Positions 47,182-57,374 of a stretch of DNA of 64,000 nt are shown piece by piece. The notes beneath the pieces were generated by a model, which worked only from the letters and a program-made list of their open reading frames with translations, made no database searches and had not been told where the DNA came from. Source of the stretch: an uncultured Fibrobacterota bacterium. GTDB taxonomy: Bacteria > Fibrobacterota > Chitinivibrionia > Chitinivibrionales > FEN-1185. The DNA is taken from NCBI GenBank assembly GCA_963729895.1, contig CAVSQB010000032.1:1-64000 (forward strand), given 5' to 3'. Each line of letters begins with the position of its first letter. Within the stretch, counting starts at the first letter, position 1. Both the position numbers and the translations under genes were made by a program.

Positions 47182-47994
47182 TTAGCTCCTTAGTTTTGAA
47201 ATCGCAATATTTGGAAATTCGGCGGCCCTCGCGACATCCATGAGCTGGACGATTTTGTCGTAGGCAACCTCATTGTCCGCAGCAAGAATGATGTCGTTTG
47301 CATCGGAGACATCGGCATAGCGCTGCTTGATTTTCATGAGCCTGTTCTTCATTTCGTCATAGGCGGACAATGGGCGCAGCCCAAACTGCCCCGGGTCCGT
47401 CACGATCACCTGGCGCCGCGGATTGGTGAGGATGAACGCGGTATCCCCCGCCTTTGCCTCCTTGAGCGGATTGCCTGCGCCGTCCGTCAGCATTTCGCCG
47501 CTCTTGGTATACAGGCAATTGATGATTTTCCGGTTCTCGTCGACCACATACAATAGTATTTCCTGCCGTTCGTTGATAAGGAACGGCTTGCCCGATTTCG
47601 GGTTCTTGAACTGTTTCTTGGGGTTCGACGGGTCGAATTCGACCGTCATCTCGACGCTCCGGTCTTCACGGGAAACGTATTTGTGGAACTCCCTGTAGAA
47701 AAGACTGGGGAGAAATCCGCCTTTTGCGCCGAGGGTAACCACCGAGTCGGTGACGATCATGGTGAGAAGAAGCTTGTCGGCATCTTCATTGGGGGGAGCC
47801 ACCGTCTGCTTGATTGACGGGCTGGACCCGCGTCCTTCGGGGAGCTTCAAATTGATAATGGAGATCTTTGCAAATTCCGCGGACAGCATGAGCACGGGGA
47901 TGAGCACCACCAGGAAATTGATGAACGGCTTCAAATCTATGTTCAGATCGTGGCCGCCGCCTTCCTCGACCATTTTGGAGGGTCTTTTTGCCAT
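47182..47994 (-). CDS. ExbD/TolR family protein (AglQ-like) with large insertion
   Basis: DLKPFINFLVVLIPVLM TM; ILAADNEVAYDKIVQLMDVAR. Confidence 0.85.
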   Translation of the reverse strand: MAKRPSKMVEEGGGHDLNIDLKPFINFLVVLIPVLMLSAEFAKISIINLKLPEGRGSSPSIKQTVAPPNEDADKLLLTMIVTDSVVTLGAKGGFLPSLFYREFHKYVSREDRSVEMTVEFDPSNPKKQFKNPKSGKPFLINERQEILLYVVDENRKIINCLYTKSGEMLTDGAGNPLKEAKAGDTAFILTNPRRQVIVTDPGQFGLRPLSAYDEMKNRLMKIKQRYADVSDANDIILAADNEVAYDKIVQLMDVARAAEFPNIAISKLRS

Positions 47995-48170
47995 TGTTCT
48001 TTTCCTGTTTTAAGTGTTACAAAACCGACCTGACCCATTTGCCGCGACGTTCCGGAATTCCGCATAAGGTTGGAAGAAGTTCCATTGTCCGGCAAACTTC
48101 CCCGCTCTTATAATAACGTTTAATCTGAAAGGAACGTTACGGACGGCGAACAGAAAAACCGCCAACGCCT

Positions 48171-48797
48171 CTATTCTTCGACCGCGTTGCTCAGCTTGGT
48201 GACCTTTTCGTCCATATCTTCAATAATCTTGTCCGCTTTGCCGCTCAGGATACCATGTCCGAGAATGCAGGGCACGGCAACAAGAAGTCCCATGAGCGTG
48301 GCCGACATCGTAATGGAAATACCGGACGCCAGCTGCTGCGCCCTCTGCGCCGCAGGAGCGTTCGCGATGGCGTCGAAACATTCCATCGTTCCATAAATTG
48401 TCCCGGTGAGACCGGTGAGGGTCGCCAGGTTGGCAAGCGTGTTCAGCAAAAAGACGTTTCTCTTGATTTTCGGGCCTTCCGTGAGGAACACTTCGTCAAC
48501 GGCTTTCCTGATGGCCTTGGGACCCTTCGTGCGGTTCTGCAGAACGGTGAGAACGCCCTTTGCAAGGGGGGACTTCATCGTTACCGCGTACTTGATGGCG
48601 CGGTCGTAGTCACCGGCCTTCAGGTAGTTGGATATGCCTTTCATGAACGCGGCGCTTCCCATGTCGCACTTGATGAACAAGTACCAGAAACGCTCGACGA
48701 ACAGACCCAGGCCGGCAAAGAACAACAGAAGGATGATCCACATGATGAAGCTGGCCGCGGACTGAAAACCAAGCAAAAGGAAATTGAACATTTGCAT
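48171..48797 (-). CDS. MotA/TolQ/ExbB proton channel (AglR-like)
   Basis: LATLTGLTGTIYG..F; GISITM.AT..GLLVAVP. Confidence 0.92.
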   Translation of the reverse strand: MQMFNFLLLGFQSAASFIMWIILLLFFAGLGLFVERFWYLFIKCDMGSAAFMKGISNYLKAGDYDRAIKYAVTMKSPLAKGVLTVLQNRTKGPKAIRKAVDEVFLTEGPKIKRNVFLLNTLANLATLTGLTGTIYGTMECFDAIANAPAAQRAQQLASGISITMSATLMGLLVAVPCILGHGILSGKADKIIEDMDEKVTKLSNAVEE

Positions 48798-48919
48798 AGG
48801 TTAAACCCCTTCCATTAAAGTGATATAGGTAAAATAATGTTGGAATTGTGATAATCAAAGTTTATCTCAGAGAAGTATGCTCTTTTTTTACTCCTTTCTT
48901 TTGGCACTGCCATGGACAG

Positions 48920-51900
48920 CTACTTCTTGAGGTCTTGAATCTTCTCCTCTTCTTCGCCGATGGCCCTCTGCGCTTCGACCTCGATTCGCTTCAACTGCTT
49001 TATCTTGTCTTCCAGAGGAATGTCCATCTGGGTGATATTCTGGATGCGCTTCATGTTGCGCAAATAGGTGTCGTCATGAAATTGCGGTACAGGGGCCGGC
49101 GTCACCACAGGTGAGTTTACAGCCAGCACTTTCTGGGTTTCCGTTTTCTTCCCCGTCGCCGGCGCCTGCACAGCTTCGGCCGGCGGTGCCTTGGGCGTCC
49201 GGGGCGTAATGACTTTGGTGAGGGCCGGCGAAGACGGATTTATCTCCTGGATCCGTTCCTTGATTTTAGCGAGCCACGGGCTCTGGGCGATTCCCATGTC
49301 CGCGGCGGCATTCACCGCCTCCTCGTACAGCGGCAGCGCCTTGTCCATTGCCTCAAGCGATTTCTCCTCCAGCAGCTCCTGGTACGCCTGTTTTTCTTCT
49401 TTGGAAAGGTCCCGGGGGATGGGCGAGGTCTTGAGAATAATGCCCACCTTTTCAAGCGCGTTCGCGCGCAGGAACAGCACCTTCATGAACATGTCCATCG
49501 ATTTGGAGACATATTCCCCGGCGATGTTCTGGTCGTAGGCCCACTCGATGTTCTTCTGGAAGTACTTGAGGCCGCTCACATAGTATTTATCAAGGCTGGA
49601 AAGGATCTTGATCTTTGCCGCCATCTTCTGGTCGGCAGACCCTTCGACGGACTGGTCTTCGATGGCGTCGGCGAAATCGATGAAACTCTGGCCGATTTTA
49701 TAGGTGGAGCGCAGGGTCCATTCCTCAACGCCGATCTCGATCGATTTCGCATAGGGGCCCGCCGCGTTCCTGAGAGCCTCTTCCTTGGCTTTCAGGTTGG
49801 CGGCCACCTGCTGTTTGCTTCCCTTGAGGCTGATGTCGGAAAACGCCTTGTACAGTATTTCACCCTGTTTGTAATACGACTTGGCGACCGCTTCAACGTC
49901 CATGTCGGCCTTGCCCTTGAATTTCTCGTACACTTCGACGGCAAGCTGGTAGTCTTTCTGCGCTTCCTTGAAATCCCCGAGGTTGTAGTAGGCGTCTCCG
50001 GCCTTTACAAGAGCCTCAACCTGCTTGTACTTGTCGCCCTCGTATTTTTTGGCGAAATCGGTGAATACCGTGGCCATGTCGACGTTGCGGCCCATCTTCT
50101 CGTAGCACAGGCCGACGGAAAAGAACGCCTCCCCCGAATACTCCGACGAAGGAAAGTTTTGCGTGAGCACCGTGTACGCCCGGATCGCCTTGTCGTACAA
50201 TTTTCCCTTTTCGTAAATGAGCCCGGCATTGTACAGCGCCAGCGGGGTCTTCGCGTCCTTCGGGTAGCGCTCGTAGGCAAGCTCGTACATCTTTCCGGCA
50301 TTGTCGAAGTCGTTCACTTTCGAATAGGCCTCGGCCGCATACGACAAACTGGGAATGGCGTAATCGGGCTTTGTGATGGTGAGTGCGGCGGTCTGGTACA
50401 CGTTTGCCGCATTCGCCCATTTTTCTATCTTCTTGTAGTCTTCCGCCGCCTGAATGAACGCATTCTCCCGCAACTCGGAGGAAGGGAACTTTGCGGCAAG
50501 GTCCTGGAATGTCGAAGCGGCGAGTTCGAAGTTGTTGGTGGCTTCGTAGCATCGTGCCGCTTCGAGCCATCCGCGGGCCGCGACCTTGCTCTTGGGATAA
50601 TCGGCCGCAATGGCCTTGAACGCGTCCGCGGCGCCCATGACATTGTTGGCCTTCTGCAACGACTCCGCCTTCTTGAACATGGCGCCGGCGGCAAGTTCGA
50701 TAAGCTCCGCGTATTCCGGCGTGTTCTGCTGCGTCTTCTTCAGGAGGTCCTTGTACTTTGCCATGGCAAGATCGAATTCGCCCGTGCTCACGTAGCAGTT
50801 GGCTATCATGCGCATCGACTTGAGGGCGAATTTCGAATCCGGGTAGGTGTCGATGATGAACTTGTAATCTTTGCTCGCATTGTCGAACATCTTTGCCGAA
50901 TAGTAAACGTCGGCGCCGATGAAGGTGATCTCGGCGGCATTCGCGCTCTTCACGAATTTCGCCTGGTACCGGTGTATGTAGTCGAGCAACAATTTGGTTT
51001 CAGGAAGGTTGAACGACTGCTCGTCGCTCACGCCCTCGCTGGCCATGGCCTTCTTTCGGGCGTTCATGACCGCAACAACCGCGTTGTATGCCGCGTCTTC
51101 CTGCGAAATTGAGATGGGGCCCGATTTCTCTTCCTTCTTCGACTTCTCAATCTCGGTCTGGTCCATCCCGAGCGTGTCGACATCTTCTTTGTAGGGACCG
51201 AAACTCGCGAGGTCCGCCATGGCGACATAATCGAAGTTCTCGGCCGATTTGAGGTAATCCCCGAGGGAATTGTAGATTTCGGCCATGTAGTCCCTGAACT
51301 CATACGCGCGCCACTTGTCTTCAGGGAATTTCTGCAGGAACTCGTTGTACCGCTTGAGCGCCTTTTCGTACATCGACTTGTCTTTCGACTTCTGGGCAAG
51401 CCCGTGGTAATACAGCGGAATGGCGGCCAGCGCCCTGTGGACCTGATCTCTGGCCTGATCCATCACCGCCTTCTGCGATGCATTCTTGGACGCCCATTCG
51501 CCGGAGGGACCGTAGAAATCCACGAGTTTCTCCCGCGCGGCGTTTGCCTTTTCGTAGTCCTTCTTGATGATGAAACATTCAACCAGCATCTGCTGGGCAA
51601 TCGGCGCGTCCTTATAATAAGGAAACCTTTTGAGCGCGTATTGCAGCGCAACGATGGCGTCGTCGGTCTGGCCGTGCACTCTATTCTTCATCCCGATGGT
51701 GTAAATCACGTAGTCTTCGTAGGGCCTGCCGCCCACTTTCTTGAAGAACTTCTCGGCTTCCTCGGAGCCTTTGGTCATGTCGGAAAAAGCCACTGCCATC
51801 ATTTCGAGGGCTTCCCCCCGGAATTCCTGTTTGGGATATTCGCCGGCATCGCACTTCTGTATGTAATCCTGGAAATACTGAACGGCCTTGTCGAATTCTC

Positions 51901-52639
51901 CCATGTTGTAATTGATATCGCCCTTCCGGTACTCCACCATGCCGAGGTTGTCCGGAGAAAGGCCTTCCGGTTTGCACAATTCGAGATGTTTGAGGGCGCG
52001 GGGATAATCGTGCTGCATATAGGCGAAATCCGCAAGACGGAAATGGGCGCCCGAGGCGCGGCCGCCGTTCGGAGAGGCCTTGAGGAGCTGCTCCATCGCC
52101 CACGCCGAGCTGTCGAGTTCTCCCATGACAAGGTAGATATTTCCCATCTGGTAATATGCCTCGTCGATGGTCCGGAAATCGGAGTACTCCTTGACAAGGC
52201 GGCCGTACATCTTCATCGCCTTGGAGTAGTTGGGGATCGGGTTGACCGGTTCTTTCATGCCTTTCGGGTTCTTGTCGTACTGGTCCATCTCCCGGCCGTA
52301 CTCTTCGCGCGCGCGGATGTAGCCGTCCTGCGCCTGCTGGTAGTACAGCTGCGCAAGAGTGAACAACACGTCGGCGCACCGGTCGCTTTTCTTGGTGCAC
52401 CCCGACAGCAGTTTTTCGTACCGGTCGACAATCTCGTCGAGGTTCTCTTTCTTCACTCCCGGCTTGGGCTGGTTGATGGCTTGCTTTTTTGCCTCAAGTT
52501 CCTTGATCTGCTCCAGTAGTTTCTGCCGTTTCTTTGCATCGGCGTCATCGTCCGCACGCACCACGGCGCCTTGCCATACGATACCGGCAGCCACGACGGC
52601 CGTGATGCATAGAACCAGTCTCAGTTTGCTCGTTCCCAT
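48920..52639 (-). CDS. Large exported TPR protein (GltD/AgmU-like)
   Basis: Signal peptide and many TPR repeats, upstream of tolQR-like genes. Confidence 0.85.
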   Translation of the reverse strand: MGTSKLRLVLCITAVVAAGIVWQGAVVRADDDADAKKRQKLLEQIKELEAKKQAINQPKPGVKKENLDEIVDRYEKLLSGCTKKSDRCADVLFTLAQLYYQQAQDGYIRAREEYGREMDQYDKNPKGMKEPVNPIPNYSKAMKMYGRLVKEYSDFRTIDEAYYQMGNIYLVMGELDSSAWAMEQLLKASPNGGRASGAHFRLADFAYMQHDYPRALKHLELCKPEGLSPDNLGMVEYRKGDINYNMGEFDKAVQYFQDYIQKCDAGEYPKQEFRGEALEMMAVAFSDMTKGSEEAEKFFKKVGGRPYEDYVIYTIGMKNRVHGQTDDAIVALQYALKRFPYYKDAPIAQQMLVECFIIKKDYEKANAAREKLVDFYGPSGEWASKNASQKAVMDQARDQVHRALAAIPLYYHGLAQKSKDKSMYEKALKRYNEFLQKFPEDKWRAYEFRDYMAEIYNSLGDYLKSAENFDYVAMADLASFGPYKEDVDTLGMDQTEIEKSKKEEKSGPISISQEDAAYNAVVAVMNARKKAMASEGVSDEQSFNLPETKLLLDYIHRYQAKFVKSANAAEITFIGADVYYSAKMFDNASKDYKFIIDTYPDSKFALKSMRMIANCYVSTGEFDLAMAKYKDLLKKTQQNTPEYAELIELAAGAMFKKAESLQKANNVMGAADAFKAIAADYPKSKVAARGWLEAARCYEATNNFELAASTFQDLAAKFPSSELRENAFIQAAEDYKKIEKWANAANVYQTAALTITKPDYAIPSLSYAAEAYSKVNDFDNAGKMYELAYERYPKDAKTPLALYNAGLIYEKGKLYDKAIRAYTVLTQNFPSSEYSGEAFFSVGLCYEKMGRNVDMATVFTDFAKKYEGDKYKQVEALVKAGDAYYNLGDFKEAQKDYQLAVEVYEKFKGKADMDVEAVAKSYYKQGEILYKAFSDISLKGSKQQVAANLKAKEEALRNAAGPYAKSIEIGVEEWTLRSTYKIGQSFIDFADAIEDQSVEGSADQKMAAKIKILSSLDKYYVSGLKYFQKNIEWAYDQNIAGEYVSKSMDMFMKVLFLRANALEKVGIILKTSPIPRDLSKEEKQAYQELLEEKSLEAMDKALPLYEEAVNAAADMGIAQSPWLAKIKERIQEINPSSPALTKVITPRTPKAPPAEAVQAPATGKKTETQKVLAVNSPVVTPAPVPQFHDDTYLRNMKRIQNITQMDIPLEDKIKQLKRIEVEAQRAIGEEEEKIQDLKK

Positions 52640-52702
52640 GTAAGTACTCTCCCCTTCCTCTTATCCCCCACTGATCGATCTTTCCTGCGTAAACGCGAAA
52701 GC

Positions 52703-55108
52703 TTATTTCTTGTTCAATTTTTCGAGTTCTTTTTTCTTCTCTTCGATTTGCTTGTTGATGTCCTCTTGCTTCTTCTGCTCGTTCTCCTGCTGTTTCACCT
52801 GTCCGCTGGACTTCTGCAGGGCCGTCGCCTTCGCAATCGCGTATTCCGCATCCGACAGAACCTGGTCCTTGCGCAGGAAAAACTTCTTGTGCGATTGCGC
52901 CATCAACGTGTAGTTGAAAAAGTCCCGACCCTCTTTTGCAAACTTGTCGTACTCCGACTTGAACGCCCCACGCTCCTCTATCGATTTGTCCGTCGGCTTC
53001 CGCAGCGCGTTCTTCTTGATCTTCTCCCCCGTCGGCTCGAACTCGCTCGTCGTCTGCCCGAACTTCTGCTCCCGGCCCTGCAGGTCTGCCTCCGTCACAA
53101 ACTTCCCGTTCTTCGTCAGGTCCAGGCATTTCTCAAGCGCATCCACCGCGTCCTGGTACTTCTTCTGCAGCATCAGTCCGTACCCCCGCAAAAGGTACGC
53201 CTCAGGAACCAGCGGCGATTCCGGGTGCGACGCGATCAACCGGTCTACCGTCTGCAAACACATCGGCGGCTGGTTCACCTTGATCCACGACCACGCCGTC
53301 CCCAGAAGAGCCTCGTCCCCGTAGCTCGACCCTTCAGGCACCCGCTTGTATGCCTCCACCGCGTTCCGCAGCTCCACCTGCTCGTAGTACAAATGACCCA
53401 GTTTCACGTTCGCCGCATCCTGCAACAGCTGCGTCCCCGGGTCCTGCGTCGTGTCCGCTATGATATTCTTCAGGTCCGCCACCGCCGCCTCCATCTTCTT
53501 GTTCTCCACATTGATGATCGACAACGTATACTGCGCATACAAATACGACGGCGATCCCGCCTTGATCCGGCCCAGCAACTGCTCCGCCGCGTTGTAGTTC
53601 TTCCGCAAAAAATGTATCTCTCCCGCCACGTAATCCGCATCAGGACGGATATCGCTCTCCGCGTACAGGTTCGTGATGAATGCATGGTTCTTCAACGCGT
53701 CTTCGTATTTCCCCTCACGGTAATCGATCGTCTCCAATCCGTACAGGTACTTCGACCGCATCTCCGACGTCGTGTATTCCTCCAGTGCGCTCTTGAATAT
53801 GCTCCGCGCCGTCTCGTTCATGTACAGACGCTTGTAGCTGTCTCCCATGTAATACGCCGCCTTGTCGTTCAGGTAAAAGTTAGGATACAGCGACACCACC
53901 TTCCCGAATGCAAACGACGCCTCCCAGTATTTCCCCGCAAGGTACAGCCGCATCGCCTCGTTGTACGCGTCCATCGGCGCCAATATCAACTGGTCGTACA
54001 ACCGCTTCGACTCGCTCTGCTCCCGCGTCGGACCAAAGTCCGTCGATAACCGGTGCATCATCGTCAATCCACGTTCGTCTTCCTGCCCCGGTATCGCTAT
54101 CGCATACCCCACGTGAACGTCGTAGTTCAGGTAGTTGATCATCTCCGGCAACGGGTATATAAAATTAAAGTTGAACCCGACGTACGGAATGTTGTTGTTC
54201 GCCCACCCAAGCTTCAGCCACACCTGCGGTATAAACTGCCATTTCACGTGCGCACTCAAACGAAACGCCTTCTTCAGCTCCGGGCTGTTCGTCACGTCGA
54301 GTATCGCCTGTGTCGTCGGGTCTCGGACCGTATCCGCCTTTATCAACGACGAATACACGTCCGACAGCGCATTGTCCAGCACCCCCTCAACGTCCACCAC
54401 CAGCTTGTCGTTCAGGCCCGAGTACCGTACACCTGCGCGGATGCGCGTCACACCAAGCTGCTCCGTCAAACTGTCGTGCCACAGCGGTATCTCCGGCACC
54501 ACGTCCTGCAAGTTTATGCTGAATCCCAAATCTCCGTACCGAAAATGGTCCATCGGGTTGAAATACGCTCCCAAATCCGCCCCAAACCCAACCTCCTGGC
54601 CGTTCCCAAACTGGTTCTCGTACCGCAGCTTCAGGTTCGTCCCCAACACAAACCACGGCAGTATCCGCCACGCATAATGAACCATAAACCAGTTGTCCCC
54701 AAAATTCGACTGCCCCAAGTCACGTATCGTGTTCGACAAATCGTTCGCGTCTATCGTCGTCTTGTCGATCGTCGCCCCGGTCCCGATCCACGATACCCCA
54801 AACGTATGGTTCAACCGCAACGGCAGCAAAAATGACGCCTCCTGGTATCCCAGCGACACCGTCGATGCGTCTCCGTCTACGTCCCACCGGTACAACCCGC
54901 CCTCCACACGCATCTGGTTCACACGGTACAGCAACGCAGGATTCACGATCCCCGATGAAAAATCACTCAAATCCTGTATGTAATCCGCCTGAAAAAATGG
55001 CGCATCGTATCCTCCGCTCCCTCCCGTCTGACCACGAACCGACCCGCTCCACAACAACACCATCCCCGCAAAAAGGACAATCCCACATCTCTTTACTTTC
55101 GTTTCCAC
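52703..55108 (-). CDS. Exported protein: N-terminal PorV-like beta-barrel plus C-terminal TPR/coiled coil
   Basis: Signal peptide; NPALL, GTNLK, GFGADLG segments; TPR repeats in the C-terminal half. Confidence 0.75.
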   Translation of the reverse strand: METKVKRCGIVLFAGMVLLWSGSVRGQTGGSGGYDAPFFQADYIQDLSDFSSGIVNPALLYRVNQMRVEGGLYRWDVDGDASTVSLGYQEASFLLPLRLNHTFGVSWIGTGATIDKTTIDANDLSNTIRDLGQSNFGDNWFMVHYAWRILPWFVLGTNLKLRYENQFGNGQEVGFGADLGAYFNPMDHFRYGDLGFSINLQDVVPEIPLWHDSLTEQLGVTRIRAGVRYSGLNDKLVVDVEGVLDNALSDVYSSLIKADTVRDPTTQAILDVTNSPELKKAFRLSAHVKWQFIPQVWLKLGWANNNIPYVGFNFNFIYPLPEMINYLNYDVHVGYAIAIPGQEDERGLTMMHRLSTDFGPTREQSESKRLYDQLILAPMDAYNEAMRLYLAGKYWEASFAFGKVVSLYPNFYLNDKAAYYMGDSYKRLYMNETARSIFKSALEEYTTSEMRSKYLYGLETIDYREGKYEDALKNHAFITNLYAESDIRPDADYVAGEIHFLRKNYNAAEQLLGRIKAGSPSYLYAQYTLSIINVENKKMEAAVADLKNIIADTTQDPGTQLLQDAANVKLGHLYYEQVELRNAVEAYKRVPEGSSYGDEALLGTAWSWIKVNQPPMCLQTVDRLIASHPESPLVPEAYLLRGYGLMLQKKYQDAVDALEKCLDLTKNGKFVTEADLQGREQKFGQTTSEFEPTGEKIKKNALRKPTDKSIEERGAFKSEYDKFAKEGRDFFNYTLMAQSHKKFFLRKDQVLSDAEYAIAKATALQKSSGQVKQQENEQKKQEDINKQIEEKKKELEKLNKK

Positions 55109-55144
55109 AGCCTACCTCGCATCTTCTGTAAAATGTTTGGCATG

Positions 55145-56689
55145 TCACTTGGTCGGGATGATTTCCACTCGCCTGTTTGTAGCGCGACCTTCAGCTGTAC
55201 CGTTCGACGTAACCGGCCGTTCCTTGCCGAATCCCTTTGCAACCATGCGGTTCGGCGAAATACCGCGCATTATGAGGTAATCCATCACGGACTTGGCGCG
55301 CTGATAGGAAAGAACAAGGTTATCCTGCGCGTTGCCCACATTGTCGGTATGGCCATCGATCTCAATCTTGACATTCGGGTACGCTTCGAGGCTGTTGTAC
55401 ACCTGTTCGAGAACGTAGTACGATTCCTCGAGAAGCTCTGCGCTCGCCGTCTTGAAGTTGACGCCGCGCAACGTCATCTTCTGCTTTATTTCCGTCGGTT
55501 TCTCGTCGGGGCAGCCATCGTCGTCCTTGTACCCGTTATACGTCTCAGGCTGGTTGGGGCACTGATCGCTTCCTCTGCAGATCTTGGCGTACTGAGCCTG
55601 CTTGCCCTGCTCCGCAACCCACGGGTCGCAGATGCCGTCCCTGTCGTTATCCGGGTCGGGACAGCCATCGGTATCCTGGAAGCCGTCGCGGTCTTCGGGA
55701 TCGTTGGGACACTCGTCCTGAGTGTCGTAGATGCCGTCTTTGTCGTTGTCGTAGTCGGGGCATCCGTCTTCGTCCTCGAACCCGTCTTTGTCTTCGGGAA
55801 CGTCGGGGCACTGATCGACGTCGTCGGGAATACCGTCGCCGTCGCGATCGCCGACCATGGCCTCAACCATTTTCTCGGTAATCAGCCCGATGTCGGTGCC
55901 GTTTTCGCCCTTTGCCTTGCACCCGGAAACAGGCTTGATGAAATAGTTGAAATTGCCGTATCCCGGGGAAATGAACATCGGGTCCTTCTGGATGTTCGTT
56001 TCGTTCACCACCGCATTGGGATTGAACGGGAGCCTATTCATATAAATATTATTGTAGATGATACGGGTCTTCTTTGCCTGGGGTGCGATGTATACGCCGT
56101 ACTGGTTGTTGTTCATGAGGATATTGTTGCGGATGAGCACTTCGGTGCGATGAGCGCAGAAAATGGCGCAGTAGCCGTTTTCCAGGATAACATTATGATC
56201 GATTGACGTGCGCGTTGCGCGGCTCGATTCGAGGAAAATGCCCGTCCATTCGTTGCGGTAGATGATGTTGTTGCTGATGTCGGGCAACGAGACCAATGCG
56301 TGGATGCCGGCCCCCTTGTTGTCGATGATGAGGTTGCGAATGATGGTGGGACGCGTGTTCTTGCAGAGAATGCCGGTGGTGCCGTTCCTGATTGTGAAGT
56401 TGGTGATGGTGGCGCCGTCCGCCCCCAGCACGCACGGGGCCTTGCGGCCGCCGTCAATGATCGTTTTGAGCATGTCTTGACCCATAAGAACGACATTGTC
56501 GGCCATGGCGATATTTTCGCGGTACACGCCGTTGGAGACAAAGATCGTATCGCCTTCGTCCACTTCACCAAGCGCCGCGTGAATGGAGGGGAAGTCGTGC
56601 GGAACAACGATCCTTCTCGCGGCAAATGACGTGGCAACAAGAACTGCCAGAAAGTACAGAAAGAACGTCGGTGAGATTTTTCTGCACAT
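55145..56689 (-). CDS. OmpA-family protein with right-handed beta-helix and thrombospondin type-3 repeats
   Basis: NosD/pectin-lyase-like repeats, DxDGDGIPD..D.CP repeats, GHTD..N..LS..RA..V and NRRVE. Confidence 0.92.
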   Translation of the reverse strand: MCRKISPTFFLYFLAVLVATSFAARRIVVPHDFPSIHAALGEVDEGDTIFVSNGVYRENIAMADNVVLMGQDMLKTIIDGGRKAPCVLGADGATITNFTIRNGTTGILCKNTRPTIIRNLIIDNKGAGIHALVSLPDISNNIIYRNEWTGIFLESSRATRTSIDHNVILENGYCAIFCAHRTEVLIRNNILMNNNQYGVYIAPQAKKTRIIYNNIYMNRLPFNPNAVVNETNIQKDPMFISPGYGNFNYFIKPVSGCKAKGENGTDIGLITEKMVEAMVGDRDGDGIPDDVDQCPDVPEDKDGFEDEDGCPDYDNDKDGIYDTQDECPNDPEDRDGFQDTDGCPDPDNDRDGICDPWVAEQGKQAQYAKICRGSDQCPNQPETYNGYKDDDGCPDEKPTEIKQKMTLRGVNFKTASAELLEESYYVLEQVYNSLEAYPNVKIEIDGHTDNVGNAQDNLVLSYQRAKSVMDYLIMRGISPNRMVAKGFGKERPVTSNGTAEGRATNRRVEIIPTK

Positions 56690-57374
56690 CGTGATGATCC
56701 TATTCTTGTTATAAAGTATTAAGGGCTTAAATTGTCTACAAAAACGTGGAAGCGACTATACGATTTTCGCACACAAAACATGAATCAAAATACTATCGGT
56801 GGCAAATGGTGTCAAGTTTTTACAAATTCGCGAACGTCCCTGTTTCTTCAGCGCCAAACCGATGCCGGCACGGATTGATTTAAGGAAACACCCGTCTCTC
56901 GAACCGGATGGAATACCCGTCCGGCCCCCGATCAAACGGAGAGAGGTGACGCGTCGCGCACGCGTGTTCACTGGATGTTCACAGAAACGCACAAGCGCTC
57001 GCATGATTGATAAGGTGCAACCCGAATATTCATTATATGAGGCAGATATTCAAATAAAATATTTCTCGGCCGAAATGCAAGCTATTTCTCCGGATGGTTG
57101 AAGGGTCCCAAAGATTTCTCTTGACTCTCCGTTGCTTCAATGACCCGGCCCGCGCAAGTCCCGCCGCGGGGCAGGGTTCTTCAATACGATTCGGGCCGGC
57201 GGCGGTCCGTATTCCGTTGTCCGGCGCGCGCCTTCCTGGAAAGAGCCCCGGCCTGAAATTATTTTATTTCACCGTGGGTTGAAGAAACCCGTCCCGCAGG
57301 ATCAAACGGCCGCGGTTCATCTATATTCCGGATTTCGGCCGGATCAAAAACAGTGTGAAAAAGGCTGACCGGGC

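Noticed and set aside
55500..55860. CRISPR-like or tandem DNA repeats
   Set aside because: These are coding thrombospondin type-3 repeats; no CRISPR array or cas gene was seen in the window
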